Source: Actinomycetota bacterium
GTDB lineage: Bacteria > Actinomycetota > AC-67
Assembly (NCBI GenBank): GCA_036398095.1
Contig: DASWHR010000010.1
Coordinates: 2,555 to 66,554 of the forward strand
Length of the DNA stretch: 64,000 bases
Direction: 5' to 3'
Shown here: positions 1-7,791 of the stretch, in pieces
Position numbering within the stretch: the stretch's first letter is position 1
Layout of the letters: the number at the start of each line of letters is the position of its first letter
The notes under the pieces: generated by a model
The model's input: the letters and a program-made list of their open reading frames with translations, nothing else
Told to the model about the DNA's origin: nothing
Databases searched by the model: none
Made by a program: the position numbers and the translations under genes

Positions 1-3000
1 TCTTGGTCTTCACCAACGCCAGGTCCGGCTCGATCCCGGTCGTGTCACAGTCCATCATCAAGCCGATGGTGTTGTGGCTGACGAAGCCGTTCGCAACGTA
101 GGTGACGTTGTCGGGCACGCTCAGGTCGTAGGTCAGCTCTTCCTCGCCCAGTTCGGCCGAAGCGATCTCGTCGTAGAAGAATCCGAGCAGGTGGCCGAGT
201 TCGTCATCGCCAACGCGCTCCTGAAGCTGTTCCGCCACCGCGCGAGAGACCGATCCGCTCCGGCCGGACTCCATCAGGAGCACGCGGCGCAGCCGGTCGT
301 TTTCCGGCGCGAGACGGTCGATCATCTCGCGGAGCATCGGGATCCTATCCTTCTTGCCGCTCTGCGAGGCCGCGGGCATCGTCACGCGCGCGTTCTTTCG
401 GCCGCTCAGGAAGCCGATCTCTTCGAGCCAGCGCTCGTTGCGCGACGAGTTGGCGTGACGAAGGACCGCGAGTTGCGAGCGGCCCCATCCGGTGGTGTCG
501 AACTTGCGCGTCGTCGGGTATCCCATCGCCAGCATCAGCGACTGGACATCCTGCGAAAACTCGAGCGACGTCGTCGACCAGGACGGCGCACCGGCCGTCA
601 CCGTTCCGTCGGCTTCGTAGAGGCCGCGCAGGAACGCCGCATAGCTTTCGCGGTCGTTCGAGTGCAGGATCGCGTCGGGGACGTGCGGCAGCCAGCCCTT
701 TCCCGGTTTCCCATCCGGCCGGGCGTACTTTGCGAAACCGCAAGCCTGCCACCACTGGACGAGACGCACCGAGTGGAAAGCGACTTCGACGTACCCCTGC
801 TTGTCCGTGACGGCCGCTTCGATCCCGAACAGCGACTTGCCGAGACGCGTCAGGTGTTCCACGACATCGAAGTTCTCGGCCGCGACGCAGAAGCGAAGCC
901 CGCGCGAGTGGAGCGAGCCGTCGCCCATGAAGTAGCCGACCAGCTCGGCCAGTTCGGACGTCACCCGGTCGGGCACGCGGACGTGATGCTCGCCCGTCCA
1001 GTACCCCTCGCCGAGCGGAGGCAAGGTAACGACCTGCGGCCGGCCGACTAGCGAATCCAGAGCCAGAGGCACCCGATCGCCTTCCGTCAGATCCGCGAAC
1101 CGCTTCCAGACCCACGCACCCGACGGCTCGACGACCTTGATCCGATGCGTCGTCGTCCCCTGAATCCGGTAGCCGCGCCGCGTTCGCACATCGACGACCG
1201 GCTCCGAGCCGTTCACGTAGAACTGGGTGGCGCGGCGGACACCGTCGTCGGTGGCGACGTCGATGCCAAGATCCTGCCACTTGGCCCCATCCGGATCGCC
1301 GAGCGAGCGAAGTCGAACCAGACCGCGCTCCGTCGGAACCAGCGAGCCGCCGACCAGGCAGCCGGTAGGAGCTAATACCGTGGCTTGCGAGTTTCGGTAG
1401 CCGTGCTGCTCACCGAAGGTGATCGCGTCGTCCCACGATCCCTTCGCGGCCTGCAGCAGCCCTTCCGGAACCAGCTCGGGGTCGATGTCGTCCACGGCGG
1501 CGCGGTGCTTGCGCATCACACGCAGGTGCGCCTCGCGGTTCGGCGGATAGCCGTTGTATGGGCCCTGCTTTTCGGCGACTTGCGCGCTGACGCGGTAAGC
1601 CCAGCCCGTCATGAGCGCCGTGATCGCCCCGGCCCACGCGCGACCGGCCTCGGAGTCATACGGCACGCCGCGGCTCATCAAGAGCGCGCCGAGGTTCGCG
1701 TAACCCAGGCCCAACTCGCGGTAGTCCTCGGCGTTCTTGCCGATCTTCTCCGTCGGATACGACGAGTTCGACACCAGGATCTCCTGCGCCAGGAACACGA
1801 TGTCGATCGCATGCCGGAACGCCTGGATGTCAAAGTTCAGATCCGCGTCGAGGAACTTCATCAAGTTGAGCGAAGCCAAGTTGCACGCCGAGTTGTCCAG
1901 ATGCATGTACTCGGAGTTGTGCACGACCACACCCGTGGACGCAGGTCCGTCCCCCGTAACCACGAAGTTGTGCGTGTCGGCGATCTCCAGATCGAAGACA
2001 GGAACGGGCTCCTCCGGACAGAGCCGCGCAACGTCGGCGACCGCGTCCTGAACTTCCTTGCCGTCCGAGTCGAAGGCGGTCAGAGCCATGCCGGCCTGGA
2101 GGTTCTGCGCCTCGATCCATTGGTCGTTCGACAGGAAGCGATGCTCCGGCGTGCACTCGAAACGCTGCCCACTTCGGGTTCGGACGACGACCAGCTCTTC
2201 GGCCTCGCCGGCAATCCAGGCATTGGAGACAACGGTGAACCGCGACTTCCCCGATTGGAGGTCACGCGTGAGGACCCGGGGAAGCTGCTCGCCGGCGCGG
2301 GCCATCTTCTCGATGATCTCGATGCTGATGGATCCGAACTCGGTAACGACGAGCGTTTCTCCGATGAAGCAGCAAGGGTTCGACGCGTTGATGCGTCCGC
2401 TGGCGGGGCAGGTGTGCCAGTCGTTGATCGTGGTGTCGTACTGCATGCCGGGATCGGCGCACTCCCACGCGGCTTGCGCGATCTGGCGCATCAGGTGCCG
2501 CGCGCGGACTTGCTCGACCGTCTCGCCCGTCTGAACGGCCTTCAAGTCCCAGTCGGCGTCGTTCAGATACGCCTGCATGAATTCGTCGGTGACGCGCACC
2601 GAGTTGTTCGCATTCTGGTACTGGATCGAGTGCGAGTCGCTGCCGTCGAGATCCATGTCGAAGCCGTTGTCGCGCAGCACCCGAGCCTTGCGCTCCTCGA
2701 CGGCCTTGCACCACACGAAGTCCTCGACGTCCGGATGATCAACGTTGAGGATGACCATCTTCGCCGCTCTGCGTGTTTTCCCACCCGACTTGATCGTGCC
2801 GGCGCTGGCGTCGGCGCCGCGCATGAACGACACGGGGCCGCTCGCCTCACCGCCGGACGAAAGTTTTTCCTTCGAGGAGCGGATCGACGACAGGTTGATG
2901 CCCGAGCCGGATCCACCCTTGAAGATCGTTCCCTCTTCGACGTACCAGTTCAGGATCGAACTCATCTTGTCATCGACGGCGAGGATGAAACAGTTGTGGA

Positions 3001-4486
3001 CGACGATGTTGTTCGTAAGGTACTCGCCGCTCTCAGTCTGGATGTCGAAGACCTGCTGGTCACCCAGCAGAATGATCTCGACGATCTCTTCCTCCCGGAT
3101 GTCCGGGCAGTCCTTGCCCACCAGGGCCAACGAATCGCGCAGGCGCTCGCTCTTGTCGAAACCGATGAAACCGATCTCCTCGTGGAATCGCTTCCGTTCG
3201 CTGCGGTAGGAGACGCCTACTTCCCAGATATCCGAGCGATCCTCGCGCTTCTCCACCTTGTGGAAGCGTCGCGAGTAGATGCCGTGACGCAAGAGCAAGT
3301 TCTGGACATCCTCGGTCCAGCGCTCGCTAATGACGGCGAACCCGATCCGCGTCGATCCGTTGTTACGTCCGACAAACCCGTCCGACTGGAACACGCTTCG
3401 CAAGTACGCCCGAGAGGCTTCCTTTGACGCCGTCCACAGGACCACGGGTACCCGGATGTCGTGACGACGGTTCAGCAGCTCCCACCGCTCGACGAACTCC
3501 CTCAAGTGTTCGCCGTACAACCGGATGCGGTTCATGCCGGGATTTCCGTCAACGGGACGGACCTTGCGATGAGCGTTCGGGAAGACGACGTCGAGGTGCT
3601 CCTTCACCCAAACTTCCTCGTCGGCGTTCGCGATGAAGAACTCGATCGTGAGGGATCGGTTCGTTCCCGTTTCGTACTGTCCGACGAAACCGTCGGCTTG
3701 CAGCCAGCCAGCAAGCGCAGCCTCTGAGACTTCCGCTTCGGTGGCCGCCGGCGGCTGAGTCGTACCGCGGTGGGGGTGAAGGTGCATGCGCATGCCGGAC
3801 ACCAACTCGTCCACGCGATACCACGCCGGACGCGTGCGGCGCTCACCGACGGCGCGGACCACGTGGTCCCCCGTCGCCTCCACGAAGGCACCGTTGCGGA
3901 GCAGGATGCGGTAGACGGGCTTGATGCCGTTGTCCTTGGTCGCGACGACTTTCGTCTCACCGCTGGAATCGAACACCGAAAGCCCGACCATGTCTCGTTT
4001 GACGATCTCGCCGATCGGGATCATTCCGCCCGGGGTCGAGATCAGTGCATCACCGGGCTGGCACGCTGAGCATTGCGGGTGCTCTTCGCTGCCGACGTTG
4101 AACCAGACGGGCGAGTTGAACGCGGCTTTCTGCGTGACCAGGATGTGCTTGAGTTCGGCGTTGAAGATCTGACGGTCGTCTTCGGCGGCGAAGTAGCCGT
4201 CCTTCCATCCCCATGCGGTGATGGTGTCGGCGACGCGGTCGATGAGCTGACGCACCGAGCTTTCACGCTGGGGCGAGCCGAGCGGTCCGCGGAAGTACTT
4301 CTGGGCGACGATGTTGGTGGCGTTGAGCGACCAGAGCGAGGGGAACTCGACGGCGCGCTGTTCGAAGGCGTTGCCGCCCTCTTTGTAGTTGGGGATGATC
4401 GCGTCGCGAACGTCCCATTCGATCTCGTCGTAGGGATGCTTCCCCTGCGACGTGAAGTATCGCTTGACCGCCAGGCCCTTCTCCAT
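1..4486 (-). CDS. nrdJ: Adenosylcobalamin-dependent class II ribonucleotide reductase NrdJ; C-terminus runs off the left window edge; three in-frame inteins
   Basis: Own minus-strand translation from ATG 4486 (absent from ORF track, no stop in window): MEKGLAVKRYFTSQGKHPYDEIEWDVRDAIIPNYKEGGNAFEQRAVEFPSLWSLNATNIVAQKYFRGPLGSPQRE...; later CFILAVDDKMSSILNWYVEEGTIFKGGSGSGINL, SGRINASNPC, SEYMHLDNSACNLASLNL and TIGLMMDCDTTGIEPDLALVK, all class II RNR motifs; sits directly downstream of nrdR. Confidence 0.9.
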   Translation of the reverse strand, partial: MEKGLAVKRYFTSQGKHPYDEIEWDVRDAIIPNYKEGGNAFEQRAVEFPSLWSLNATNIVAQKYFRGPLGSPQRESSVRQLIDRVADTITAWGWKDGYFAAEDDRQIFNAELKHILVTQKAAFNSPVWFNVGSEEHPQCSACQPGDALISTPGGMIPIGEIVKRDMVGLSVFDSSGETKVVATKDNGIKPVYRILLRNGAFVEATGDHVVRAVGERRTRPAWYRVDELVSGMRMHLHPHRGTTQPPAATEAEVSEAALAGWLQADGFVGQYETGTNRSLTIEFFIANADEEVWVKEHLDVVFPNAHRKVRPVDGNPGMNRIRLYGEHLREFVERWELLNRRHDIRVPVVLWTASKEASRAYLRSVFQSDGFVGRNNGSTRIGFAVISERWTEDVQNLLLRHGIYSRRFHKVEKREDRSDIWEVGVSYRSERKRFHEEIGFIGFDKSERLRDSLALVGKDCPDIREEEIVEIILLGDQQVFDIQTESGEYLTNNIVVHNCFILAVDDKMSSILNWYVEEGTIFKGGSGSGINLSSIRSSKEKLSSGGEASGPVSFMRGADASAGTIKSGGKTRRAAKMVILNVDHPDVEDFVWCKAVEERKARVLRDNGFDMDLDGSDSHSIQYQNANNSVRVTDEFMQAYLNDADWDLKAVQTGETVEQVRARHLMRQIAQAAWECADPGMQYDTTINDWHTCPASGRINASNPCCFIGETLVVTEFGSISIEIIEKMARAGEQLPRVLTRDLQSGKSRFTVVSNAWIAGEAEELVVVRTRSGQRFECTPEHRFLSNDQWIEAQNLQAGMALTAFDSDGKEVQDAVADVARLCPEEPVPVFDLEIADTHNFVVTGDGPASTGVVVHNSEYMHLDNSACNLASLNLMKFLDADLNFDIQAFRHAIDIVFLAQEILVSNSSYPTEKIGKNAEDYRELGLGYANLGALLMSRGVPYDSEAGRAWAGAITALMTGWAYRVSAQVAEKQGPYNGYPPNREAHLRVMRKHRAAVDDIDPELVPEGLLQAAKGSWDDAITFGEQHGYRNSQATVLAPTGCLVGGSLVPTERGLVRLRSLGDPDGAKWQDLGIDVATDDGVRRATQFYVNGSEPVVDVRTRRGYRIQGTTTHRIKVVEPSGAWVWKRFADLTEGDRVPLALDSLVGRPQVVTLPPLGEGYWTGEHHVRVPDRVTSELAELVGYFMGDGSLHSRGLRFCVAAENFDVVEHLTRLGKSLFGIEAAVTDKQGYVEVAFHSVRLVQWWQACGFAKYARPDGKPGKGWLPHVPDAILHSNDRESYAAFLRGLYEADGTVTAGAPSWSTTSLEFSQDVQSLMLAMGYPTTRKFDTTGWGRSQLAVLRHANSSRNERWLEEIGFLSGRKNARVTMPAASQSGKKDRIPMLREMIDRLAPENDRLRRVLLMESGRSGSVSRAVAEQLQERVGDDELGHLLGFFYDEIASAELGEEELTYDLSVPDNVTYVANGFVSHNTIGLMMDCDTTGIEPDLALVKTK
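71..1360 (-). mobile_element. Intein 3 of NrdJ (430 aa) with LAGLIDADG homing-endonuclease motif
   Basis: Extein ...VLAPTG then intein CLVGGSLVPTERG... containing ELVGYFMGDGSLHS (LAGLIDADG) and ending ...YVANGFVSHN, followed by extein TIGLMMDCDTTGIEPD; boundaries checked codon by codon against track ORF frames. Confidence 0.75.
1916..2371 (-). mobile_element. Intein 2 of NrdJ (152 aa mini-intein)
   Basis: Extein ...SGRINASNPC then intein CFIGETLVVT...DGPASTGVVVHN then extein SEYMHLDNSACNLASLNL; inserted between NPC and SEYMHLD of the class II RNR motif. Confidence 0.75.
2993..4063 (-). mobile_element. Intein 1 of NrdJ (357 aa, probable LAGLIDADG endonuclease-containing)
   Basis: Extein ...NVGSEEHPQCSA then intein CQPGDALISTPGGM... 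ending ...VHN, followed by extein CFILAVDDKMSSILNWY; start and end codons verified against overlapping track ORFs. Confidence 0.7.
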
Positions 4487-4565
4487 CGCTCGTTCCGTCT
4501 TCGCCACGGTCCCCTCCCTGAAGTCCACTGTCGCCGTCACTTCAACGCTGCACTGCCTCGGGCTG

Positions 4566-5063
4566 CTATCCGTCGGGTTTGCCGGCCGCGTTCACGGTTT
4601 TCGGCGGCGTCTTCTTCTGCAGGAGCAGGCCGACCTCACGCTCGAAGTCGGTCAGCTCTTGGAAGTCCTTGTAGACGCTGGCGAACCGGATGTAGGCGAC
4701 CTGGTCCAGGTCGCGCAAGCGATCCAGGACGGCGATTCCGACGTCCTGGCTGCGGACCTCGTTGACGCCCGGAGCTCGCATCGCTTCCTCGATCTCATCC
4801 GCCACGCGCTCGATCTCCTCGCTCGCCACCGGCCGGTTCACGCATGCCCTCCGGAGTCCTTCGACGACCTTGCCGCGGTTGTAGCCGACCCGCTCACCGG
4901 AGCGCTTCACCACCCAGAGCGTGACCGCATCGGCCCGCTCGAAGGTCGTGAACCGCTTCCCGCATGCCAGGCATTCGCGTCGCCTGCGGATCGCGGCGCC
5001 CTCTTCGGCCATCCGCGAATCCACGACCTTGTCGTCCACCGACCTGCAATAAGGGCACCGCAC
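4566..5063 (-). CDS. nrdR: Transcriptional repressor NrdR (zinc ribbon + ATP cone)
   Basis: Track ORF 4566..5204 contains VRCPYCRSVDDKVVDSR...ECLACGKRFTTFE...ATP-cone; start set at GTG of VRCPYC (V48); upstream of nrdJ in the same orientation. Confidence 0.85.
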   Translation of the reverse strand: MRCPYCRSVDDKVVDSRMAEEGAAIRRRRECLACGKRFTTFERADAVTLWVVKRSGERVGYNRGKVVEGLRRACVNRPVASEEIERVADEIEEAMRAPGVNEVRSQDVGIAVLDRLRDLDQVAYIRFASVYKDFQELTDFEREVGLLLQKKTPPKTVNAAGKPDG

Positions 5064-5121
5064 CCGAACCCTTCCATTTATCTTGGCCGTCCCCTTGTCC
5101 ACCGCTGTTGACGAAGCCGCA

Positions 5122-5137
5122 GCACTAGATGTTGGGG
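5122..5137. promoter_or_regulatory. Possible second NrdR box (gcactagatgttgggg), 30 bp centre-to-centre from the strong box
   Basis: 11 of 16 matches to the acacwAtATaTwgtgt NrdR-box consensus; tandem spacing is typical. Confidence 0.35.
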
Positions 5138-5151
5138 ATATCGACCCGAAA

Positions 5152-5167
5152 CCACAATATCTTGTGG
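5152..5167. promoter_or_regulatory. NrdR box (ccacaatatcttgtgg) upstream of the nrdR-nrdJ operon
   Basis: Near-perfect 16-bp palindrome matching the NrdR operator consensus, about 90 bp upstream of the nrdR start. Confidence 0.6.
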
Positions 5168-5235
5168 TTGGCGGTAATCTACCACACCAGATAGACGCGT
5201 TCAAGGATCGTGGAAGAGGCGGAGAAAACTGCTGG

Positions 5236-5517
5236 TCAGGGCGCCGGAATTCGCAACTTCTGCCCCGGGAGCACCACCGAGGACCGGATCTGGTTCTCGG
5301 CCTTGATCCGCGCGATCGCCTCGCGAGGGTCGGTCCCCGGGTAGGCGTCCTTGGCGATTTCCCACAGGGTTTCCCCAGGCTGCACCGAGTGGACGCTGCC
5401 GCGGAACGGCTCGGGGTGGTCCTGCCGGGCGGTCACGTTCGCCGCGCCGCCGATCAAGATGCCGGCGGCCAGGGGAACCGCGATCCATAAGCGTTTCAGC
5501 CGTTTCAAGCCTTCCAT
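5236..5517 (-). CDS. Small LysM-domain membrane/secreted protein, probably SOS-inducible (Rv2719c-like)
   Basis: VQPGETLWEIAKDAYPG...PGQKLRIP LysM motif; N-terminal hydrophobic segment; AAGGAG RBS; Cheo-type LexA box in its upstream region; position between lexA and nrdR as in mycobacteria. Confidence 0.75.
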   Translation of the reverse strand: MEGLKRLKRLWIAVPLAAGILIGGAANVTARQDHPEPFRGSVHSVQPGETLWEIAKDAYPGTDPREAIARIKAENQIRSSVVLPGQKLRIPAP

Positions 5518-5588
5518 CGCTCCTCACTCCTTCGATCGGCCGGGTGTCTTCAGGTCCGGACCCAGGCTAGACCCAGGCACCGACACTA

Positions 5589-5604
5589 TCGAACACCTGT
5601 TCGA
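5589..5604. promoter_or_regulatory. LexA (SOS) box tcGAACacctGTTCga upstream of the LysM gene
   Basis: Perfect GAAC-N4-GTTC palindrome; same core as the recA box at 30167. Confidence 0.65.
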
Positions 5605-5673
5605 TCCGGTCAAGGGGAGGCGAGGGGATTTCCCGTCTAATCGTTGCTCGACCGAAGGCAGCAAAGGGGGGAG

Positions 5674-5702
5674 GGGATCCCGCTCGAGTGGAGCGGGATC
5701 CC
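5674..5702 (-). terminator. Perfect 12-bp stem-loop (gggatcccgctc gagtg gagcgggatccc) just downstream of the anti-sigma gene
   Basis: Seen in sequence; on the minus strand it is followed by CCCCCCUUUGC; U-tract is weak. Confidence 0.4.
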
Positions 5703-5713
5703 TGTGGTATGGC

Positions 5714-7018
5714 TCATTCGCAGTTGCGGGTCGTCTCGCCGTTGCACGAGTCCCAGCTGTCACCGCCGTCGATCGTGTCGTCGCCCGCGCCGCCGTTCAG
5801 GCTGTCGGGTCCGCCCCCGCCGTCGATCCTGTCATCGCCCTCGCCGCCGTCGATCGAGTCGGCATCCTCGCCCCCGGAGATCGTGTCGTTGCCGGCGCCG
5901 GCCTCGACCGAGTCGGGCCCTGCTCCCGCGACGATCATGTCGTCGCCGCCCCCCGCCGAGATGTTGTCGGCGTCGTCGCCGCCGTCGATGGTGTCGTCGC
6001 CGTCGCCCGAGCGGATCGTGTCGGGCCCTTCTCCGCCGGTGACGGCGTTGATGCCGCCCCCCGCCGAGACGTTGTCGGGACCTTCACCGCCGTCGATGGT
6101 GTCGTTGCCGTCGCCCGAGAAGATCGTGTCGGGGCCATCTCCACCGTCGATGACGTTATCGCCGTCGCCTCCGTCGACGATGTCGGGTCCATCTCCGCCG
6201 TCGAGGTCGTCGTTGCCTTCGTTGCCGTAGACGGCGTCCGGTCCCCAGGTCGCCTCGATGGTGTCGTCGCCGGGCCCGCCGGCGAACCGGTCGTCGTGGT
6301 CGACGCTTGTGCTCGGAGTGTGCAGCGTCGCGGGCGATCCGGACGAGGGCGCCGCGTCGCCGCTTACGATTGTGTCGTCTCCTTCGCCGCCGCAGATTCG
6401 GTCGCTGCCGCCGCGGCCGTCGATCCGGTCGTTGCCGCCCATGCCGACGATGACGTCGTCTCCGGGCGTACCTTCGATGACGTCGTCGCCCTCGGTTCCG
6501 ACGATCGTGGGCTCGCGGTCGAAGCACGAGCCCGGAGGCCCGGACGAGAACACCGGCGCCGCCGACGCGAGTCCTCGTGTCGTGCGGACGGCCTCGCCGA
6601 GCTCGGACGCGCCGGGCTGCGGTGAGGAGGAAGCGGCCGCGTGCGTCGCCGCCCCAGCCGCCGGCGTCCCGCCGTCGCCCGCCGATGTCCGGCGAACCCC
6701 CTCGCGCGCGGGGCCGACGATACCGGCGAGCACGCTTCCGGCGAGCGACACGCTCATCACGATCGCCGCGATCAGCACGATGCCCGCGCGGCGAGTCCTC
6801 GTCCGCCTTTGCGCCAGCGTCGCGAGGACCCACGCCTCCGAGACCGGCGGCGGGGCCGCGACGCGCGGCGCTGCCGCTCCGATGTCCTGCCAGTCGGCGA
6901 CGAGCGCCCGGCATGTCTCGCATGCCTCCAGGTGCGCGCGCGCGCGGACCGTCTCCTCGGCCGTCTCCTCGCCGTCGCAGTAGGCGGAAAGGATCTCGCG
7001 GATCTGTTCGCAGCTCAT
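5714..7018 (-). CDS. Membrane-spanning anti-sigma factor (zf-HC2 N-domain, one TM helix) with a C-terminal extracytoplasmic RTX-type calcium-binding beta-roll
   Basis: N-terminus MSCEQIREILSAYCDGE...HLEACETCRAL (Cx..H..CxxC); TM segment IVLIAAIVMSVSLAGSVLAGIV; at least 14 consecutive GGxGxDxUx nonapeptides (GGDGPDTIDGGEGPDNVSAGGGINAVTGGEGPDTIRSGDGDDTIDGG...); start overlaps the stop of the ECF sigma gene (ATGA). Confidence 0.8.
   Translation of the reverse strand: MSCEQIREILSAYCDGEETAEETVRARAHLEACETCRALVADWQDIGAAAPRVAAPPPVSEAWVLATLAQRRTRTRRAGIVLIAAIVMSVSLAGSVLAGIVGPAREGVRRTSAGDGGTPAAGAATHAAASSSPQPGASELGEAVRTTRGLASAAPVFSSGPPGSCFDREPTIVGTEGDDVIEGTPGDDVIVGMGGNDRIDGRGGSDRICGGEGDDTIVSGDAAPSSGSPATLHTPSTSVDHDDRFAGGPGDDTIEATWGPDAVYGNEGNDDLDGGDGPDIVDGGDGDNVIDGGDGPDTIFSGDGNDTIDGGEGPDNVSAGGGINAVTGGEGPDTIRSGDGDDTIDGGDDADNISAGGGDDMIVAGAGPDSVEAGAGNDTISGGEDADSIDGGEGDDRIDGGGGPDSLNGGAGDDTIDGGDSWDSCNGETTRNCE
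5726..6290 (-). repeat. Coding tandem RTX nonapeptide repeats (GGxGxDxUx) in the anti-sigma factor
   Basis: 27-nt periodicity visible as repeated ggcgacggc/gacgatgtc motifs; protein repeats align in register. Confidence 0.7.
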
Positions 7019-7605
7019 CCTTCGGTCCTTTCAGAGTCGGTGCGCAGGTGCGCCCGCAGCGCGTCGCGGGCGCGGAACAGGCGCGATCGAACCGTCCCGA
7101 TCGGCACGCCGAGCACGCCGGCGATCTCCACGTAGGACAGGCCCTGTGCGTGGAGCAAGAACGCTTGGCGATGATGCTCGGGCAACTGGTCCATCGCGGC
7201 CTGCAGCGCGATGCGGCGATCGACGGCGTGCGCCGGATCGGGAACCGCTGACGGCAAGGCGACCTGCCTCAGGCGAGCATGCCGCCGCTCGCGGCGAAGC
7301 AGGTTGGAGCACGCGCGGTGCGTGATCGTGAAGCTCCACGCAACCACGTTGTTCTCTTCGTAGGCAGGCAGGAACCGGTACATGCGGATGAAGGCTTCCT
7401 GCACGGCCTCCTCGGCGAGCCGACGGTCGCGGACGATGCCGATCGCGTACCCGGTCAAGCGATCGGCGAGGTGCCGGACGAGGGCATCGAACGCGCCGGG
7501 CCGCCGTTCCCGAGCCGCCGCGGCGAGCGACTCGGGCGAGCCGGGCTCGCCGGACGCGTCCACGGCGGCCGGAGCCGCGACATCCTCGTCCATCCGGCTG
7601 CCCAT
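7015..7605 (-). CDS. ECF-type RNA polymerase sigma factor (sigma-70 regions 2 and 4)
   Basis: ...EAFIRMYRF... region 2 and ...SYVEIAGVLGVPIGTVRSRLFRARDALR region 4; start chosen at the ATG preceded by a GGGGGAGGA RBS (M9 of the track ORF); translationally coupled to the anti-sigma gene. Confidence 0.8.
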   Translation of the reverse strand: MGSRMDEDVAAPAAVDASGEPGSPESLAAAARERRPGAFDALVRHLADRLTGYAIGIVRDRRLAEEAVQEAFIRMYRFLPAYEENNVVAWSFTITHRACSNLLRRERRHARLRQVALPSAVPDPAHAVDRRIALQAAMDQLPEHHRQAFLLHAQGLSYVEIAGVLGVPIGTVRSRLFRARDALRAHLRTDSERTEG

Positions 7606-7721
7606 TCCTCCCCCTCGGTTGATCATCACCGGATAAACCCGGCGAGGCCCCGCAAAGTTCCATCCAACCGACGATTCGGACCAGGAATTCTTTCGACCCG
7701 GGCCCGACCATCCGCGGGAAC

Positions 7722-7737
7722 TCGAACAGGTGTTTGA
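7722..7737. promoter_or_regulatory. LexA box 1 (tcGAACaggtGTTTga), near-consensus
   Basis: GAAC-N4-GTTT; tandem with box 2 in the lexA / ECF-sigma divergent intergenic region. Confidence 0.5.
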
Positions 7738-7738
7738 T

Positions 7739-7754
7739 TCGAACGCGCGTTCGT
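7739..7754. promoter_or_regulatory. LexA box 2 (tcGAACgcgcGTTCgt), perfect palindrome, autoregulatory
   Basis: CGAACGCGCGTTCG perfect inverted repeat 38 bp upstream of the lexA GTG. Confidence 0.7.
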
Positions 7755-7791
7755 GTTACGGTCCTGCTCGCTTCCCGAAAAGGAGGGACCC

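Noticed and set aside
1385-3427. 680-aa plus-strand ORF (and 74..1051 +, 3461..4765 + neighbours) across the nrdJ region
   Set aside because: R/V/D/L/H-rich antisense-type composition (VVRVGDLQIEDRNG...). The opposite strand translates into bona fide NrdJ and intein sequence, so these are shadow ORFs of a high-GC gene.
5178-5195. Third NrdR-box-like site tctaccacaccagataga
   Set aside because: Only the outer 4 bp are palindromic. It sits 27 bp from the strong box, which is off the usual helical phasing. The weaker site at 5122..5137 fits better.
6156-6923. 255-aa minus ORF (RRRRHRR-rich) and 5644..6042 + (CRRRRP-rich) inside the anti-sigma gene
   Set aside because: They are extreme Arg/Cys low-complexity translations, produced by reading the GGxGxD repeat DNA in alternative frames.
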